DNA of 64,000 bases. Origin: Ostrea edulis. Taxonomy: Eukaryota. Position numbers and translations under genes: made by a program. The stretch is taken from the NCBI RefSeq assembly GCF_947568905.1, contig NC_079169.1, positions 3,906,001 to 3,970,000 of the forward strand. Reading direction: 5' to 3'. A model generated the notes under the pieces. The model was not told the origin of the DNA, did no database searches, and saw only the letters and a list, made by a program, of their open reading frames with translations. Below, piece by piece: positions 62,499 to 64,000 of the stretch; the first letter of the stretch is position 1; each line of letters starts with the position of its first letter.

Positions 62499-64000
62499 TT
62501 TTGCTCTGAAAAGAGTATAAGTTGAGTAATTATGTGCATCTGCTGATTTGCATAATGGTTCTAACACAACATCAGCTATAACCTCATCGATTTAGCTGTA
62601 TTAACTCACAAGATAGACCGACTTGTCTATAAGAAATCTGACCAAGTCCTATAAATGTCTGTGTTATGCAGATTTGTTTCTGCCCACCCCTTTATCATAA
62701 AAATGCTCCACAATCTAATGATGCATCATTCAATTCAGAGTATTCCATTTTTAACAAGAGGCGGGGAAGGGAGAATCAGAATTTATTTGACATGTACTTT
62801 CACTTTCATATTCGTGTACCTTTTGTCAGTTTCTCCGATCCAAACCTTGTTTTTGCATTTAGTATTGGGTTTAACATAATAAATTCAAGTTTCTATACCA
62901 ATAACGATCTCATTTAATCACCGTTGATCACAGGCTTCGTAATTGCTAAGTAACTTGATGGCCATTTCTACACATTCGCTCTTCTGTTAGGAGTTAGGGG
63001 ACCCACTGAGCACTAATTCTCAGAGGCTTTTAGTATTCTTTTAGAATGCTGAAAACAGAAGACAAACCCATGTTTGTAATATTTGCAAGGTTTTTCACGG
63101 TATATCTTGCATCTTCAGATATTGCAGTTTGCGTGTGCTAATTTTAGTGCTTTTTTATTTTGATCTGTAGGAATGTTTTGTGGTCTATATGAATAAAACG
63201 ACTGCGGACCGAATGTCTACAGGATTTAAAAGTTAGTTTCACACAGTGGTATTCACTGGTATTGTACATATCAGTATACTGCATATATTATAATGCTTCA
63301 CATTAGTCGGTTCCAATTACAAGTACTTTTCTGACAACTACTCCATCTTCATGAAATTTCATATGTGACTAGATCACATATACAAGAACACATTAAATAC
63401 TGGGGTAATTTTGGCCTCTTTATATGCATCGAATTTCATTCATTTCTTTGGTAATTTCAGTGAATGGTAGTAATTTCGGTAATTCTATGAGATGAGAGTG
63501 ACATAGGTTCCGTTCTGTAGCACTGACAACATTATAAAGAATATCATAGAGCATCTTACCTATATCAATCTTTAACATATGACTTTATAAAGTTGTAAAC
63601 AGAGTCAAAATTCAACTAAATTTTCGTCGAACAAATGTTTATTGTCCCAGTTTTTCAAGAATAACGATCCCGATTGTGTCGGATGGGTGTAAAAGTAGTG
63701 ACTGTGTCTTATACATTTATCACAATGTCTTTTTTTTTTTTTTTCCCTTCCCTTTGTGACTATATTCATTTATTATTATTTTCAAAGATACATCACATAC
63801 ATAGGTAGGCTAACATGCATTAGAATTTCCTGAATTTTTTTCTTCAACAGAGACATTTAAATCACATGATCATAAATATGTCTAAATTCTCCTGTAGAAA
63901 AAAAATCTGAAGAATATGGAATATGACAGGTGAAAGTAAAGTATCTCTGATTAAATTGAAGCCATGTAAGCGTTATAGACATAACGATAGTATACCATAC

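Overview
AT-rich eukaryotic genomic DNA, almost certainly from a bivalve mollusc and most likely an oyster (Ostreidae). This is inferred from Cg170/pearl-type HINE elements, bivalve-type SINEs, Naiad Penelope-like elements and a nacrein-type carbonic anhydrase. I assembled six protein-coding genes by hand from GT-AG splice sites with consistent intron phase: (1) a 97-aa secreted Ala-rich protein (-, 2967-3260); (2) a ZAP/PARP12-like four-CCCH zinc-finger protein that appears to stop before any WWE/PARP domain (+, 15244-20054); (3) an uncharacterised ~230-250-aa protein with two alternative first coding exons and an RFX-like box (+, 25023-30471); (4) an 8-exon secreted nacrein-like alpha-carbonic anhydrase (+, 31431-36838); (5) convergent with it, a 12-exon, ~1284-aa secreted heme peroxidase with a ~490-aa Met-rich repeat N-terminus and an Arg-rich C-terminal tail (-, 37906-44338); (6) a BTB protein whose last exon encodes a piggyBac-transposase-type Cys-rich zinc finger (-, 57955-62498). 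The rest is intron or intergenic DNA dense with decayed mobile elements (about 12 Naiad fragments, a mariner relic, RTE and other LINE pieces, SINEs, HINEs, MITEs) and minisatellites. The strongest novelty candidates are the Met-rich/Arg-tailed peroxidase next to the nacrein-like CA, the BTB-piggyBac-finger fusion and the catalytic-domain-less ZAP-like gene. All family assignments come from motif recognition, not database searches.
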